A stretch of DNA of 57,061 bases. Origin: Candidatus Bathyarchaeia archaeon (GTDB taxonomy: Archaea; Thermoproteota; Bathyarchaeia; Bathyarchaeales; Bathycorpusculaceae). The DNA lies in contig JBEKTQ010000027.1 in the NCBI GenBank assembly GCA_049515895.1, forward strand, positions 1 to 57,061. The letters are read 5' to 3'. Below the pieces are notes generated by a model that saw only the letters and a program-made list of their open reading frames with translations, had not been told where the DNA came from and made no database searches. Below, piece by piece: positions 10,245 through 19,952 of the stretch; the first letter of the stretch is position 1; each line of letters starts with the position of its first letter. A program made the translations under genes and the position numbers.

Positions 10245-11306
10245 TTAGTCACCTTCTCGGAGAGCTTCGATCGCATCTACTAATTTTCCTACGCCGTCAG
10301 AAACGGGGTCTTCCACCGTTACTTTGAATCTCCTGTGTAGTCTTGCTTTGGCTTTGCTCGCTTCTTCTGGTGATAAGTTCTCGTGGTTTAATCCTATTCC
10401 AATAAGAGGACATTGGGACAGCAACTTTGCAATTTTAATCACTCGCCCCGGGTCTGGCATCGGATAATCTGGGAATCCGTCTAGATGTGACCGCCCAGGA
10501 GCATCTTGCAAGGCGAAACCGTGGATCTTGCCAGCTGCCATTATTTCAAACCCGCCTGGGAAGAAAGGATGTACGAGGCTGCCTTGACCATTTATTATCA
10601 TATAGTCCGGTTTTTCATCCTTCCATGAATCCAATATGGCGCCTTCAATGCCGCCGGATACGAAGTCATTTATCATTGCATCCATAACTATGCCGTGTGG
10701 CCAACCTTGCATCCACCCTGTCTGTCCAGTAAATATCATGTCTGCTTTTCGGCCGCGCCGTCTGAGCTCTTGAACTAACATTACACATGTAGTTCTCTTG
10801 CCGACTGCTGAATCGGTTCCCAAAACTGCAATCCTGGTTGACCCAACTTGGCTGATTTCACCTGTGTAAAATCGCTTGTGATCGCGGAACAATTTGCGAA
10901 CATCCACGATTTTACAGCCGTTCTTCGCGGCTAAGCCGACAAATCGCTCATCATCAGAGATGAAATGATGCAGCCCGGAAACGATGTCAAGTCCATGTGA
11001 CAAAGCCCAGGTGATGGCTCCGTCGTACCCTTCTGGCAAGAATCCGCCCTCTGAAACGGCACCAACTATGAAAACCTCTGGTTTCGTTTTCCTGAAAGCT
11101 TCTTCTAGACCAGAAAACAGAGGGATGCCTCGGGGATTTCCATCCAATACTTCCCCTGCGTCACCGGATGGCGCGGTTGAATCGACTACTCCAACAATAT
11201 CGTATCTGGTCGTGTGACGCACAAGTCCGTGGGCAGTCTTACCGTTAGCTGTTAGGTATTCACGTTCGCAATAGACTAACGCCTTTCCCCCGGGCATAAG
11301 GGTCAT
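10245..11306 (-). CDS. DUF1611 family protein (DgcN-like)
   Basis: GKTAHGLVR, IVSGLH, GTDSAVGKRTT, TGQTG, DFVSGGIE, GQGSLVHP. Confidence 0.9.
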   Translation of the reverse strand: MTLMPGGKALVYCEREYLTANGKTAHGLVRHTTRYDIVGVVDSTAPSGDAGEVLDGNPRGIPLFSGLEEAFRKTKPEVFIVGAVSEGGFLPEGYDGAITWALSHGLDIVSGLHHFISDDERFVGLAAKNGCKIVDVRKLFRDHKRFYTGEISQVGSTRIAVLGTDSAVGKRTTCVMLVQELRRRGRKADMIFTGQTGWMQGWPHGIVMDAMINDFVSGGIEGAILDSWKDEKPDYMIINGQGSLVHPFFPGGFEIMAAGKIHGFALQDAPGRSHLDGFPDYPMPDPGRVIKIAKLLSQCPLIGIGLNHENLSPEEASKAKARLHRRFKVTVEDPVSDGVGKLVDAIEALREGD

Positions 11307-12445
11307 GCTTTCCGTCCGGTTAAGATTACCACGTATCGATCACCTGGAAAAGGTTCCTTTCGATGGCGATCTACGAGCGCCACAAGACCCGCAGTCGACG
11401 CGGGTAGCACACTCAAGCCTTCCTTTTCGCGTATTAATCGGGCATAATCCAGAAGTATCTTGTCAGTCGTGAACGATGCCCATCCTCGAGTCTGTCTAAT
11501 GACTGAAAGGGCATACTCTCCGTCTATTGAGCGCCAGTTAATAAGGGGTTCATTAACTGAAGTGTTCCTTATTCGCTCAGGCTTCAAATCGATACACTTT
11601 GAAGAATTTTTGACGAAAGAGTGAATTATCGGATTCATGCCGTATGAAGAGCCTGCGATAAAACGGGGAATGCGAGACGTCTTTCCACGATTATAAAGGC
11701 TTACGAAGCCTTTGTATATCCCTACCAAAGTAGACCCATTCGATACTGGAACAGCGACTGCAGCAGGCGCGTCGCGAAGCTCGTCGTAAATTTCGTAGGC
11801 AATTTCACCGTATGCTTTTAACTGCAGGTTGGTGTTTAACCCTCCTGGATTAGCATCATAGTACCCTTCTTTTTCCGCTTCAAGGCGCGAAACCTTCACC
11901 GCCTCTTCATAATCTCCAGGCACTCTGATGATCTCGGCCCCAAAACGTGCAATTTCCTTCACCCTGTGGGCGTAATACCCCGATGGAATGTAAATTAAAC
12001 AGCCCAAACCTGCTAAGGATGCAGCAAGCGCCACCGCCGTACCATAGTTGCCGCATGAAGCCACTGTTATCTCATCATACCCTCTTCGCAATGCGTCTAA
12101 AGCTTGTGCGAAAGCTATGCGGTCTTTCTGCGTACCAGTGGGGTTACCACCCTCGAATTTTAAGTATATCTGCCTAAGCCCGATCTCTCTTTCTATGTTT
12201 CTGGCTCGAGTAAGACTAGTGTCACCAACCTCTGAGTCAAGAATTATCTCATAACTCTCCAAACGTTCAGGAAGTGACCTAGTGTGATCAGACGCGATCT
12301 TGCTAAGAGAATACAATTCAGGAGTGATAACCGGGATTTGGGCAGTGGCCCCGTCCAAAAGCGATAGAGAACCATTGCTCTTAACTAGCCCGTCAAAAGT
12401 CTTCTCTTGACCGTGACTGGAACTTTCCTTGTCCCCATCATCCAT
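11303..12445 (-). CDS. Fold-type II PLP-dependent enzyme (threonine synthase-like)
   Basis: LKFEGGNPTGTQKDR (PLP Lys), ASCGNYG, VPVSNGSTL, VLPAST; 4-nt overlap with the DUF1611 gene. Confidence 0.9.
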   Translation of the reverse strand: MDDGDKESSSHGQEKTFDGLVKSNGSLSLLDGATAQIPVITPELYSLSKIASDHTRSLPERLESYEIILDSEVGDTSLTRARNIEREIGLRQIYLKFEGGNPTGTQKDRIAFAQALDALRRGYDEITVASCGNYGTAVALAASLAGLGCLIYIPSGYYAHRVKEIARFGAEIIRVPGDYEEAVKVSRLEAEKEGYYDANPGGLNTNLQLKAYGEIAYEIYDELRDAPAAVAVPVSNGSTLVGIYKGFVSLYNRGKTSRIPRFIAGSSYGMNPIIHSFVKNSSKCIDLKPERIRNTSVNEPLINWRSIDGEYALSVIRQTRGWASFTTDKILLDYARLIREKEGLSVLPASTAGLVALVDRHRKEPFPGDRYVVILTGRKA

Positions 12446-12575
12446 TAGCTATTCCTTATTCCGAGCAATGTGTCATAAACTGGATTATTAATTTTCCTAT
12501 TTTGGCACGTTTTTCTTAGCGCGCACGTAAATGGAATGTAAATAATATTGCAACCAGGGCATCTTTTTTATTCAG

Positions 12576-12674
12576 TTAAATGGTACTATTTTGAATAACT
12601 TGTAATTTGGAGCGCGTGCATTTTCAAAAATAGACCATGCGTTAAGCGGCATTTCTGAAAATATTACCATTTAA
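12576..12674. promoter_or_regulatory. Three related ~16-20 bp sites (one forward, two inverted) upstream of the PLP/DUF1611 operon
   Basis: TTAAATGGTACTATTTTGAA (12576), TTCAAAAATAGACCAT (12623), CTGAAAATATTACCATTTAA (12655). Confidence 0.4.
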
Positions 12675-12861
12675 TTTTGGTTTTCTAAGACGTCATGACA
12701 CATTCATAACATGACCTCGGAAAAATCCGAGGACTCTTGGGTACACTACCAAAACGCAATGGAGGGTAGCGGTTTTAATAGCGTTCCAGCTACTCCTTAA
12801 TCTCAAATTGATAGTAATTGGAAAATGTTTGAACGAGAGTTTGAACCTATCCCGGGCTAAA

Positions 12862-13623
12862 TTAAACTGTAGACAGGTTGACTTTCAACCTCTCGCGTAG
12901 CCCGCTGAAAGAGAATTTTATGGCTTTCTTTGGGCAGGTGTCCACGCAAGAGCCGCATAAGATACACTCAGTATTCGCCATGGATTTGTTCTGAACCATT
13001 TCGTTTACATTAAGGCTCATTGGGCAATGGTTGCTGCATTGCTTGCACTCAACACAAAGGCTCTTGTCTGCCTCTAAGTGTAGCGATGGGTATCCTATCC
13101 CGTTCTTGATTTTGGTTCCTGCTATCATGAAAGGGGCCATCCAACAGATAGTATGACAAGCTGCGCGTCTGCCCGTTGCGAGGGAAAAAACTGCAATGGA
13201 GCCTGCAATTACTGCGAACATTATAGCTGAGGCCACGTTTTGGATTGAAATGCCGTTCCATGTCTGGTAAAATAGGTCAACTGATTTTACTCCTCCCGCT
13301 TGTATAAACAAAACGATGGTCAAGGATAGCCATGGTGCCCAAATGAAGTATTTTACGAGGTTGCATTTTTTGCCGTTAAAGCGTTTGCTGTTGACTTTGA
13401 TGCAGAGTTCCTGTATCGCTCCGGCGGGACAAATCCATCCACACCAAACTCGTCCGAGAAACAGCGAAGATACGAATAGCCCTGCGAAGACTATGGCGTC
13501 GCCGGCGATAATTCCTGCAGTTGCACCCATGATGATCACGTAGGGCGACAGGTAGTAGTAAATTAGCGGGAACAGAAAGACCATACCTATTGCAAGTGCA
13601 AGTCTTGCTTTTTGCCTATTCAT
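12862..13623 (-). CDS. Membrane 4Fe-4S binding protein (NapH/MauN-like)
   Basis: GRVWCGWICPAG, CHTICWMAP, two CxxCxxCxxxCP motifs, TM helices; GGAGGTGA SD. Confidence 0.9.
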   Translation of the reverse strand: MNRQKARLALAIGMVFLFPLIYYYLSPYVIIMGATAGIIAGDAIVFAGLFVSSLFLGRVWCGWICPAGAIQELCIKVNSKRFNGKKCNLVKYFIWAPWLSLTIVLFIQAGGVKSVDLFYQTWNGISIQNVASAIMFAVIAGSIAVFSLATGRRAACHTICWMAPFMIAGTKIKNGIGYPSLHLEADKSLCVECKQCSNHCPMSLNVNEMVQNKSMANTECILCGSCVDTCPKKAIKFSFSGLRERLKVNLSTV

Positions 13624-13882
13624 GGCGCTCACCTCCGAGGGCTACAGCTTTTTCAACTTCAAGGCAGCCTTTCAAGTCTTCTTGGGTAATGTCAACCCTT
13701 AACACGCCATTTGAGCCTTCGATTTGCAACATTAGACCTTCAACGAGGGAGATTTCTTTGAGTTCGCCCAAGAAGCCTTCAAATAAAACATTAGCGTTTT
13801 CCTTGTCAAGAAAAGACATTCGCCTGATGGAGCTTTGTGACTTCATTTCGACGGAGAATGAATGTTCTTCAACTTTTTTCAT
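13616..13882 (-). CDS. Hypothetical protein
   Basis: GAGG SD; translationally coupled to the downstream Fe-S gene. Confidence 0.75.
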   Translation of the reverse strand: MKKVEEHSFSVEMKSQSSIRRMSFLDKENANVLFEGFLGELKEISLVEGLMLQIEGSNGVLRVDITQEDLKGCLEVEKAVALGGERHE

Positions 13883-13984
13883 TTGTCTTTACCTCAACAA
13901 GCATCGTGACTGTTCAGAATGATAAGGTAGCCTCAACAGAAAATATGAAATATCACAATCGATTATGAAGTTAAAGTCAAAGCA

Positions 13985-14803
13985 TTGAGTGGAAGGCGTT
14001 TGGATAATTTCTGCAATCTTCTTTTCGAGTTTTCAAGCGTCGACCGCTTAGACATTCTGCTGTTGCTCAAGAAGTCGCCTTTGAAGCTTTCGCATATTTC
14101 AAGCGATCTTGCCTTCACTGTTCAAGAAACCTCGCGGAACGTTGCAAGGCTTGCTGACGCTAAATTGATAGCTAAGGATGTTGATGGATTGTTTCACCTT
14201 ACTGCGTACGGGAAAGAGGCGTTGTCGCAGCTTTCGGGGTTTAGGTTTCTTTTCAAGAATAGAGAATACTTTACAGCCCACTCGGCTAAAGACTTACCGA
14301 AGCAGTTTGATTTGAGCCTTGGGATGCTTGAGAACTGTGAACTAGTCGAAGATGTAATGGTTGTTTTCCGCAATGTTGAAGAGATGATTTCTAACGCCGA
14401 AGAACATGTTTGGATTCTGACAAATCAGGTCTTGGCTAGCACCATTCCGTATTTGATTTCAGCGTTGGAGCGTGGAGCGGAATTTCGGCTTGTGATGCAG
14501 AAAGACTATAACCCAACCAAGAGTATACGCGAATTAGTCAGCAACCCAGTTTTTGCAAAGTCGTCGCGAACCCACAAAACGAATTTCCGATTTCTGGTCA
14601 AAGTACCTGCCCTCCTGTGCCTTTCAGAAAAGAACGTTGCAGCTTTGGCTTTTCCTGACACACAAGAAAAACTGGACTACACTGGGTTTAAGTCAGAGAA
14701 CAGAGACGCCCTCAACTGGTCGAGTGCATTGTATGATTTTTACTGGAGCAGGGCTTCGCACCAGATTCCCGACCAATTAATTAGCCCCAAACCAAACCTT
14801 TGA
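13985..14803 (+). CDS. Winged-helix transcriptional regulator (ArsR-like HTH plus archaeal C-terminal domain)
   Basis: RLDILLLL..SHISSDLAFTVQETSRNVARL..FHLTAYG; C-terminal ALNWSSALYDFYW. Confidence 0.8.
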   Translation: MSGRRLDNFCNLLFEFSSVDRLDILLLLKKSPLKLSHISSDLAFTVQETSRNVARLADAKLIAKDVDGLFHLTAYGKEALSQLSGFRFLFKNREYFTAHSAKDLPKQFDLSLGMLENCELVEDVMVVFRNVEEMISNAEEHVWILTNQVLASTIPYLISALERGAEFRLVMQKDYNPTKSIRELVSNPVFAKSSRTHKTNFRFLVKVPALLCLSEKNVAALAFPDTQEKLDYTGFKSENRDALNWSSALYDFYWSRASHQIPDQLISPKPNL

Positions 14804-15058
14804 CTTTCGTTTTCTCTCTAACTAACTCGGAGTCAGCCAAAAAACGAAAAGATAAACGAGTAACGAAAGGTGCGCGGTTAAAAAATCTTGTATCCCCACC
14901 CCGCTACTAACCTAAGGTTGCCCAAAGAACTGCAAAACGTTGTAGACATAACCAGAGCTACGAGGAAGAAGAAGAAGTGTGCACACTGCCATTATCTTCT
15001 TCTGTTTGACCAGTAAGATTTCTCTGCTAAAGATTCAAAAAAAGAGGACTCGAGGCCC

Positions 15059-15397
15059 TCACTGTTTTTCAGCAAGGTCCTTCAGTTGCTTCTTGTTTAA
15101 ACCAACTCCAGGCTCTGCATCCAAGCGCTTGTGCACTTTCCCGTTTTTGAACATGATCACCGTTGGATAATATTCTATGGCGTATTCTTCGCAGACATCA
15201 GGCTCGTCGTCGACAATTACGCTTAGACACTCTTCGGGATTGCTCTTTGAGTATTCTTCAAAGACCGGCAAGAACCGCTGGGAAAACGGGCACCAAGTGG
15301 CGTAGAAGAGAACAAATGCCTTGTCTTTTTTCTTTATTTTTTCGTGAAAAGTGCTTTTTCCTTTTGTTTTCGATTCATGTTTTTTAGCTTTGCTCAT
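15059..15397 (-). CDS. Thioredoxin family protein (CxxS variant)
   Basis: FYATWCPFS, YYPTVIMFKNG. Confidence 0.85.
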   Translation of the reverse strand: MSKAKKHESKTKGKSTFHEKIKKKDKAFVLFYATWCPFSQRFLPVFEEYSKSNPEECLSVIVDDEPDVCEEYAIEYYPTVIMFKNGKVHKRLDAEPGVGLNKKQLKDLAEKQ

Positions 15398-15442
15398 GAG
15401 TTTTTACCTCAATATATTTAACTTCAACTGAGTCACGTTGAT

Positions 15443-15919
15443 CTATTTAGACAGACCAAGCTGCTTCATAAATCCCATAACGTCATAGAATAGCCTTTCC
15501 TCGACGATTTCACCGTTCTTTCAGGTGGCAACGGTACAAAATTCAAGCTTTGCTGTTTTTCCAGTCGGTTGGATCATCTTTCCATCTTCGCCCTTCACGG
15601 TCCCTTTCATGGTCACAGTCCAATCAGCAACAGTACACGTGTAGTCTCCTTGTCCGAAGGCGATCTTGTAGGGGTTGTTTACTAATCGGTTGTCAAAGGT
15701 TTTGAAGAACTCAGTGGCCTCAACGTCATAATCGTGTCTTCCCCTTGTTGGGTCAGGTTGAGCAGGCCAGTAAACGGCGACGTCTTCTCTAAGCCGTTTC
15801 TTGAATGTCTCCCAAAGCGGACTGTTAGGTCCCGCATTCCAGGCATCATCAAATGTTTTCATCAACCGAAGGTTTTCCTTCGCCCCCAAATCGTTCGCCT
15901 CACTCTTTTGAGGAGACAA
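15443..15919 (-). pseudogene. SnoaL-like ester cyclase with an in-frame TGA at a conserved Trp
   Basis: LEFCTVAT-TGA(15521-15523)-KNGEIVEERLFYDVMGFMKQLGLSK-TAG; frame continues intact past the stop. Confidence 0.8.
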
Positions 15920-16001
15920 TTAATATTAATAAACTTATGAAATACGTATCAATTTGGATGGGAGCTAAATTGTCAAACGAAAAAACAATCAAATATTGAA
16001 T

Positions 16002-16106
16002 CTACAGGAACAGCAGCAGAACCACAAGCTCCACTATTACCGCCACTGTCAGGATTTTGTTTAGTCGCTCAACTCTTTTGATTGTCTTTTCAACAGTATT
16101 TTCCAT
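16002..16106 (-). CDS. 34-aa tail-anchored membrane microprotein (not in ORF track)
   Basis: GGGGTGA SD; MENTVEKTIKRVERLNKILTVAVIVELVVLLLFL*. Confidence 0.65.
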   Translation of the reverse strand: MENTVEKTIKRVERLNKILTVAVIVELVVLLLFL

Positions 16107-16151
16107 TTTTCTTCACCCCTTACAAAAGTTGTTTTTCTTCGTTCATCGGTT

Positions 16152-16313
16152 TTACAGCAGGGAGATTCCTATTATAACGGCGAGGAGAGCTATTCCGAGA
16201 CCTGCTGCTGCGTAGCTTAGTAGTTCAGCTCGCCTCATTGCTCTCTCCAATCGTGCTGACTGATCTTCGCTTTGCTTATTTGGCGGAGTGGCTGACTCTT
16301 GCGAAGTAGACAT
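16152..16313 (-). CDS. 53-aa tail-anchored membrane microprotein (not in ORF track)
   Basis: AGGAG upstream; MSTSQESATPPNKQSEDQSARLERAMRRAELLSYAAAGLGIALLAVIIGISLL*. Confidence 0.65.
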   Translation of the reverse strand: MSTSQESATPPNKQSEDQSARLERAMRRAELLSYAAAGLGIALLAVIIGISLL

Positions 16314-16529
16314 TTCAAATTTTTCTCCTTGAATGTTTAAATGGAACAGAATTCATCTGCGATTAAAGGTTTTCTATCAAGCGACTCCGCGTAATCGAGT
16401 ATCTTTTTTCAAGATTTGACTGATAAATTGGTGGTTCGTTCAAAATGCTTTTTGTTTGGATTTCTCGGGGTTTAGGGAATTTACCGCAAAGAATAAATCG
16501 CAAGTTAAACAGAATCGTCGCTCCTATCC

Positions 16530-17468
16530 ATGGGAAAGCCAATGAAGCTGGTGTTATCTAAAAAGACAGCTATCATTTTAGTTATTGTCTTATTGGTTTT
16601 CCTGAACTTTAGCATCTTCGTTTTCGCCTATCCTCAAACTTTCAAGCCGGAATCAGCCACGCTGGCGCGGGATTTTTCAGCCTACTACATCGGGGAATGG
16701 CGGCTGCTTCATAATCCAACTCAAATCTACTCCGCGAGCGTTCAACCTGGCGACTATCAGATTCAGGGTCAGCCGCAACCATTCAAGTACACGCCTTCTT
16801 TTCTGATTCTTTTGTGGCCTTTCCTCGCGTTAAGCTATCAGAGGGCGCTTAACGCCTTTGACATAATACAATTTCTCTTAATTCTATCCTTAGCCTTCTT
16901 CGTCTACAAGCTAATAGAAGGCAAAAACCTCTTCCTTAGCGTTGCAGCAGCGGTTATTGTCTTGGTTGACCCAATTCTCATTGCGCCTTCAGCAAGTTAC
17001 TCCATTGCCGGCTTTTTCCATTATCGCATGCTGAGTCTGCATGTTCAGACGTTCTCGCCTAGCTACTACTGCGGGTACCTATTAGCAAACGCCCACATCC
17101 TTCAAACTGTCCTTCTAATAGGCGCTTTGTATTTTGCGTTTGTTAGAAAGCCATGGCTTTCAGCATTGCTCTTCACGTTTGGCGTTTTCGACCCACGGGT
17201 GGCTTTGTTTGCGCTGCCTTTGTTACTTTGGTATAACAGAGGTTCGCTTTGGAAATTCGTCGGTGGGTCTGCTGCTTTTCTCGCCGCCTCAAATCTCCCA
17301 TTCTTCTTCTACAAGGGTGTAGGCTTAGCGTTCTTGACGACAGAGCTTAATGCCTCCACCGTGTCGCAGATGTACTTGTATGATTGGATTCCGCTTTATT
17401 CGATTGCGGCCTTGTCGATACTTGAGTTGGTGACTGTACTGTATAATCGTAAACCCAGAAGCTTTTAG
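16530..17468 (+). CDS. Polytopic membrane protein, GT87/DUF2029-like glycosyltransferase
   Basis: RDFSAYY..IY..FKYTPSF motif and many TM helices. Confidence 0.7.
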   Translation: MGKPMKLVLSKKTAIILVIVLLVFLNFSIFVFAYPQTFKPESATLARDFSAYYIGEWRLLHNPTQIYSASVQPGDYQIQGQPQPFKYTPSFLILLWPFLALSYQRALNAFDIIQFLLILSLAFFVYKLIEGKNLFLSVAAAVIVLVDPILIAPSASYSIAGFFHYRMLSLHVQTFSPSYYCGYLLANAHILQTVLLIGALYFAFVRKPWLSALLFTFGVFDPRVALFALPLLLWYNRGSLWKFVGGSAAFLAASNLPFFFYKGVGLAFLTTELNASTVSQMYLYDWIPLYSIAALSILELVTVLYNRKPRSF

Positions 17469-17481
17469 CTGTTTCAACAGT

Positions 17482-19872
17482 CTATGCTTGGCTGAGTTGA
17501 AGCGTTTTCTTTACGAGTTGGTACGCTTCCTTACCGAGTTTATAAAGAAGGCTGCTTATGGCGATGGCGAAGGCAGGAAGAACCGGGATTATGTACCATT
17601 CAAGTTTTGTCTGAGCAACAGTGAACACCAACAGCACGATTGCCATCCACAAGAAAATCAACGTGTCCTCTTTTATCCGCTTCCAAACCGCGTTGACCAG
17701 GCAGAGCAACGCTGCAAAAGGTAACAGTACAACTAACAAAGGGCTTTCGTTGTGTGCTAAGTAGTTGAAGTAGAACAGGTAACTTCCAACGTGATTCTCA
17801 AGAGAACCAACGGACCTTGAAACGCCGTTGTAAACGAAGTACCACTGCCAGAACTGTGATCCGAAACGGACATCCATATAAATTAGCCAAGGAGAAAAAA
17901 CCAGAAGCCCGACTCCCCAAAAAAGAGTGAAATGTTTCGTAAAAAGAAACTTGAAGCTTTTTCTTGTCGCCAAAATATAAGCGAATAGGATTAGCAGAAC
18001 CAGCAAAGCTTCAATCTGCTTTGTCATCAATGCCAACCCGAAGAACAAACCACTTAGTGCCGCGTATCGATTGGTGTGCTGTGTTTTTTCGCTTAATACA
18101 AAAAAGTATATGCTGCCCAAAATGAAGAAAACCAGGGCAATATCGGTCATTGCGAGTCTGGCAAACGCGTAAAAGGTTGCGAATGACCCCAAGACAAGAG
18201 CGGACAGGAATCCCACGTACGGGTTGTAAAGTCTCTTTCCCAAGTAGTAGACGAGAACCAAGGACAAGGCGCCAAATATTGCACTCCAGAGTCTTGTGGC
18301 AAAATTGGTTATTCCAAAGACCTGATAGGACAGAGACATTAACCACATGTCGAGCGGCGGCTTACCAATCCAAAACAAGTTTCCGTAAGCCCAAGGCGTA
18401 AAGTAGTCTCCAGTTTTGATCATGTGGTAAGTCCATTGGGAATAAGTTTGCTCATCAGCAGCAATGAGATGCCCGTTTCCCAAATTAACGAAGAATATCG
18501 TTGAAAAAGCCAGAATCGCCAGAATGCAAACGGCATCAATGTGCCTCGATAGCCAAGACGAATTTTTGGCCGATTGATTTGCGGCTTGGGCATCTTGTTT
18601 AGCTCGTTTGGTTGAGCGGATAAAGAGTAAGCTTGCGAACCCAATCAAGCCACCGAGTGCACAAGCTCCTGCATCAAGGACTATAGTAGCCGACTGCAAT
18701 GTTGTTGTGGATTGCACGGATAAAGTTTCAGAGCTTGAATTGGTCAATGCTAGAACGTAGATGTGGTCGTCGTCGGAGCCAACGTAAAGAGTATTATTTA
18801 CTATGGCGGGGGAAGATTCTACATAATTTCCTGTTTGGTAAACCCATTCCTTGGCTCCAGTAGCTGCATTAAGGCAGTAGATGTTGTCGTCTTCGGAGCC
18901 TATGTAAACGTTGCCGCCTGCCACTGCCGGAGAAGACGTAACCCAGTACCCAGTTGGACTCTGCCAAATCCTGCTGCCCGTCGAGGCGTTAAGGCAATAA
19001 ACATTGTTGTCCTCGGAGCCAAAGTAAACGCAGCCGTAAGCGACAACTGGAGAAGAAGTGACCGTGTCCGGGGTTTGATACTTCCAGACTTTGGCGCCTG
19101 TGGAAGCATTTAAGCAGCAAACATAGCCGTCGTATGAGCCTATGTAAACACGGCCATTGCATACGCTGGGAGAAGAAATGGTGCTTCCAGTAGGTGTTTG
19201 CCATAACTCTTTTCCTGTGGACTCGTTGAGAGCGTAAACGAAAAAGTTGTCAGACGCAAAGTAAACCACGCCGCCTGAGACCGCTGGAGACGACTCAACC
19301 TCGCTACCAGTTTGGAAACTCCAAAGCCTTGCGCCAGTTTCATCGTTCAAAGCATAAAGGTTCCCGTCTCGTGAGCCAAAATAAACTGCGCCGTCTGCAA
19401 CGGCCGGAGATGAACCGACCCAGCCGCCTGTAGTGTAATTCCAGAGTTGCCTGCCGTTGCTCTCGTTTAACGCATAAATGTCGCCGTTGTTGCAGCCGAC
19501 GAAAACAGAATCGTTGCTCACAGCAGGGGACGACTCCATTTCAGTTTTGTTCTGGTAAAAGAACCATAAAATTTTTCCGTTGGATGGATTAAGACAGTAG
19601 ACGGCGCCGTCATTGCAGCCTACGAAAACGGAGTTGTCCGCTACCGCTGGGGACGACACAACTTCATCCATCGTAGTTGCTTTCCACAGAAGCTTAGCAG
19701 AATTCGTTGAGCCTTCATCGCTTGCCGTGCCACCGTGACTTGCATCGTGGAGGAACATCTTCCAAGCGAATTGGCTGGAACTGGCCGTTGCACTTGAGCT
19801 TAACAACGTAAAGCACGACAGAAATAGAATGGTAGAAACGAGAACAATCAGCATCCAAACGTGCTTTTTCAT
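17482..19872 (-). CDS. Signal peptide + PQQ-like beta-propeller repeats fused to an ArnT/PMT_2 (GT-C) glycosyltransferase
   Basis: Eight SSPAV..VYxGSxD..YxLN..TG..W repeats, then DEQTY, KPPL, ALMTK, QTKLEWYIIP. Confidence 0.88.
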   Translation of the reverse strand: MKKHVWMLIVLVSTILFLSCFTLLSSSATASSSQFAWKMFLHDASHGGTASDEGSTNSAKLLWKATTMDEVVSSPAVADNSVFVGCNDGAVYCLNPSNGKILWFFYQNKTEMESSPAVSNDSVFVGCNNGDIYALNESNGRQLWNYTTGGWVGSSPAVADGAVYFGSRDGNLYALNDETGARLWSFQTGSEVESSPAVSGGVVYFASDNFFVYALNESTGKELWQTPTGSTISSPSVCNGRVYIGSYDGYVCCLNASTGAKVWKYQTPDTVTSSPVVAYGCVYFGSEDNNVYCLNASTGSRIWQSPTGYWVTSSPAVAGGNVYIGSEDDNIYCLNAATGAKEWVYQTGNYVESSPAIVNNTLYVGSDDDHIYVLALTNSSSETLSVQSTTTLQSATIVLDAGACALGGLIGFASLLFIRSTKRAKQDAQAANQSAKNSSWLSRHIDAVCILAILAFSTIFFVNLGNGHLIAADEQTYSQWTYHMIKTGDYFTPWAYGNLFWIGKPPLDMWLMSLSYQVFGITNFATRLWSAIFGALSLVLVYYLGKRLYNPYVGFLSALVLGSFATFYAFARLAMTDIALVFFILGSIYFFVLSEKTQHTNRYAALSGLFFGLALMTKQIEALLVLLILFAYILATRKSFKFLFTKHFTLFWGVGLLVFSPWLIYMDVRFGSQFWQWYFVYNGVSRSVGSLENHVGSYLFYFNYLAHNESPLLVVLLPFAALLCLVNAVWKRIKEDTLIFLWMAIVLLVFTVAQTKLEWYIIPVLPAFAIAISSLLYKLGKEAYQLVKKTLQLSQA

Positions 19873-19952
19873 CGTTATCAATGAATAAAATTATACCTGA
19901 TAGTTGGGTATATTAGACTATCCAAACTTTGAGGAACATCCGAGTTCAATAG

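Noticed and set aside
15521-15523. Genome-wide TGA recoding (Trp or Sec)
   Set aside because: Many genes here end at TGA at family-typical positions and Trp is TGG elsewhere; a single case only
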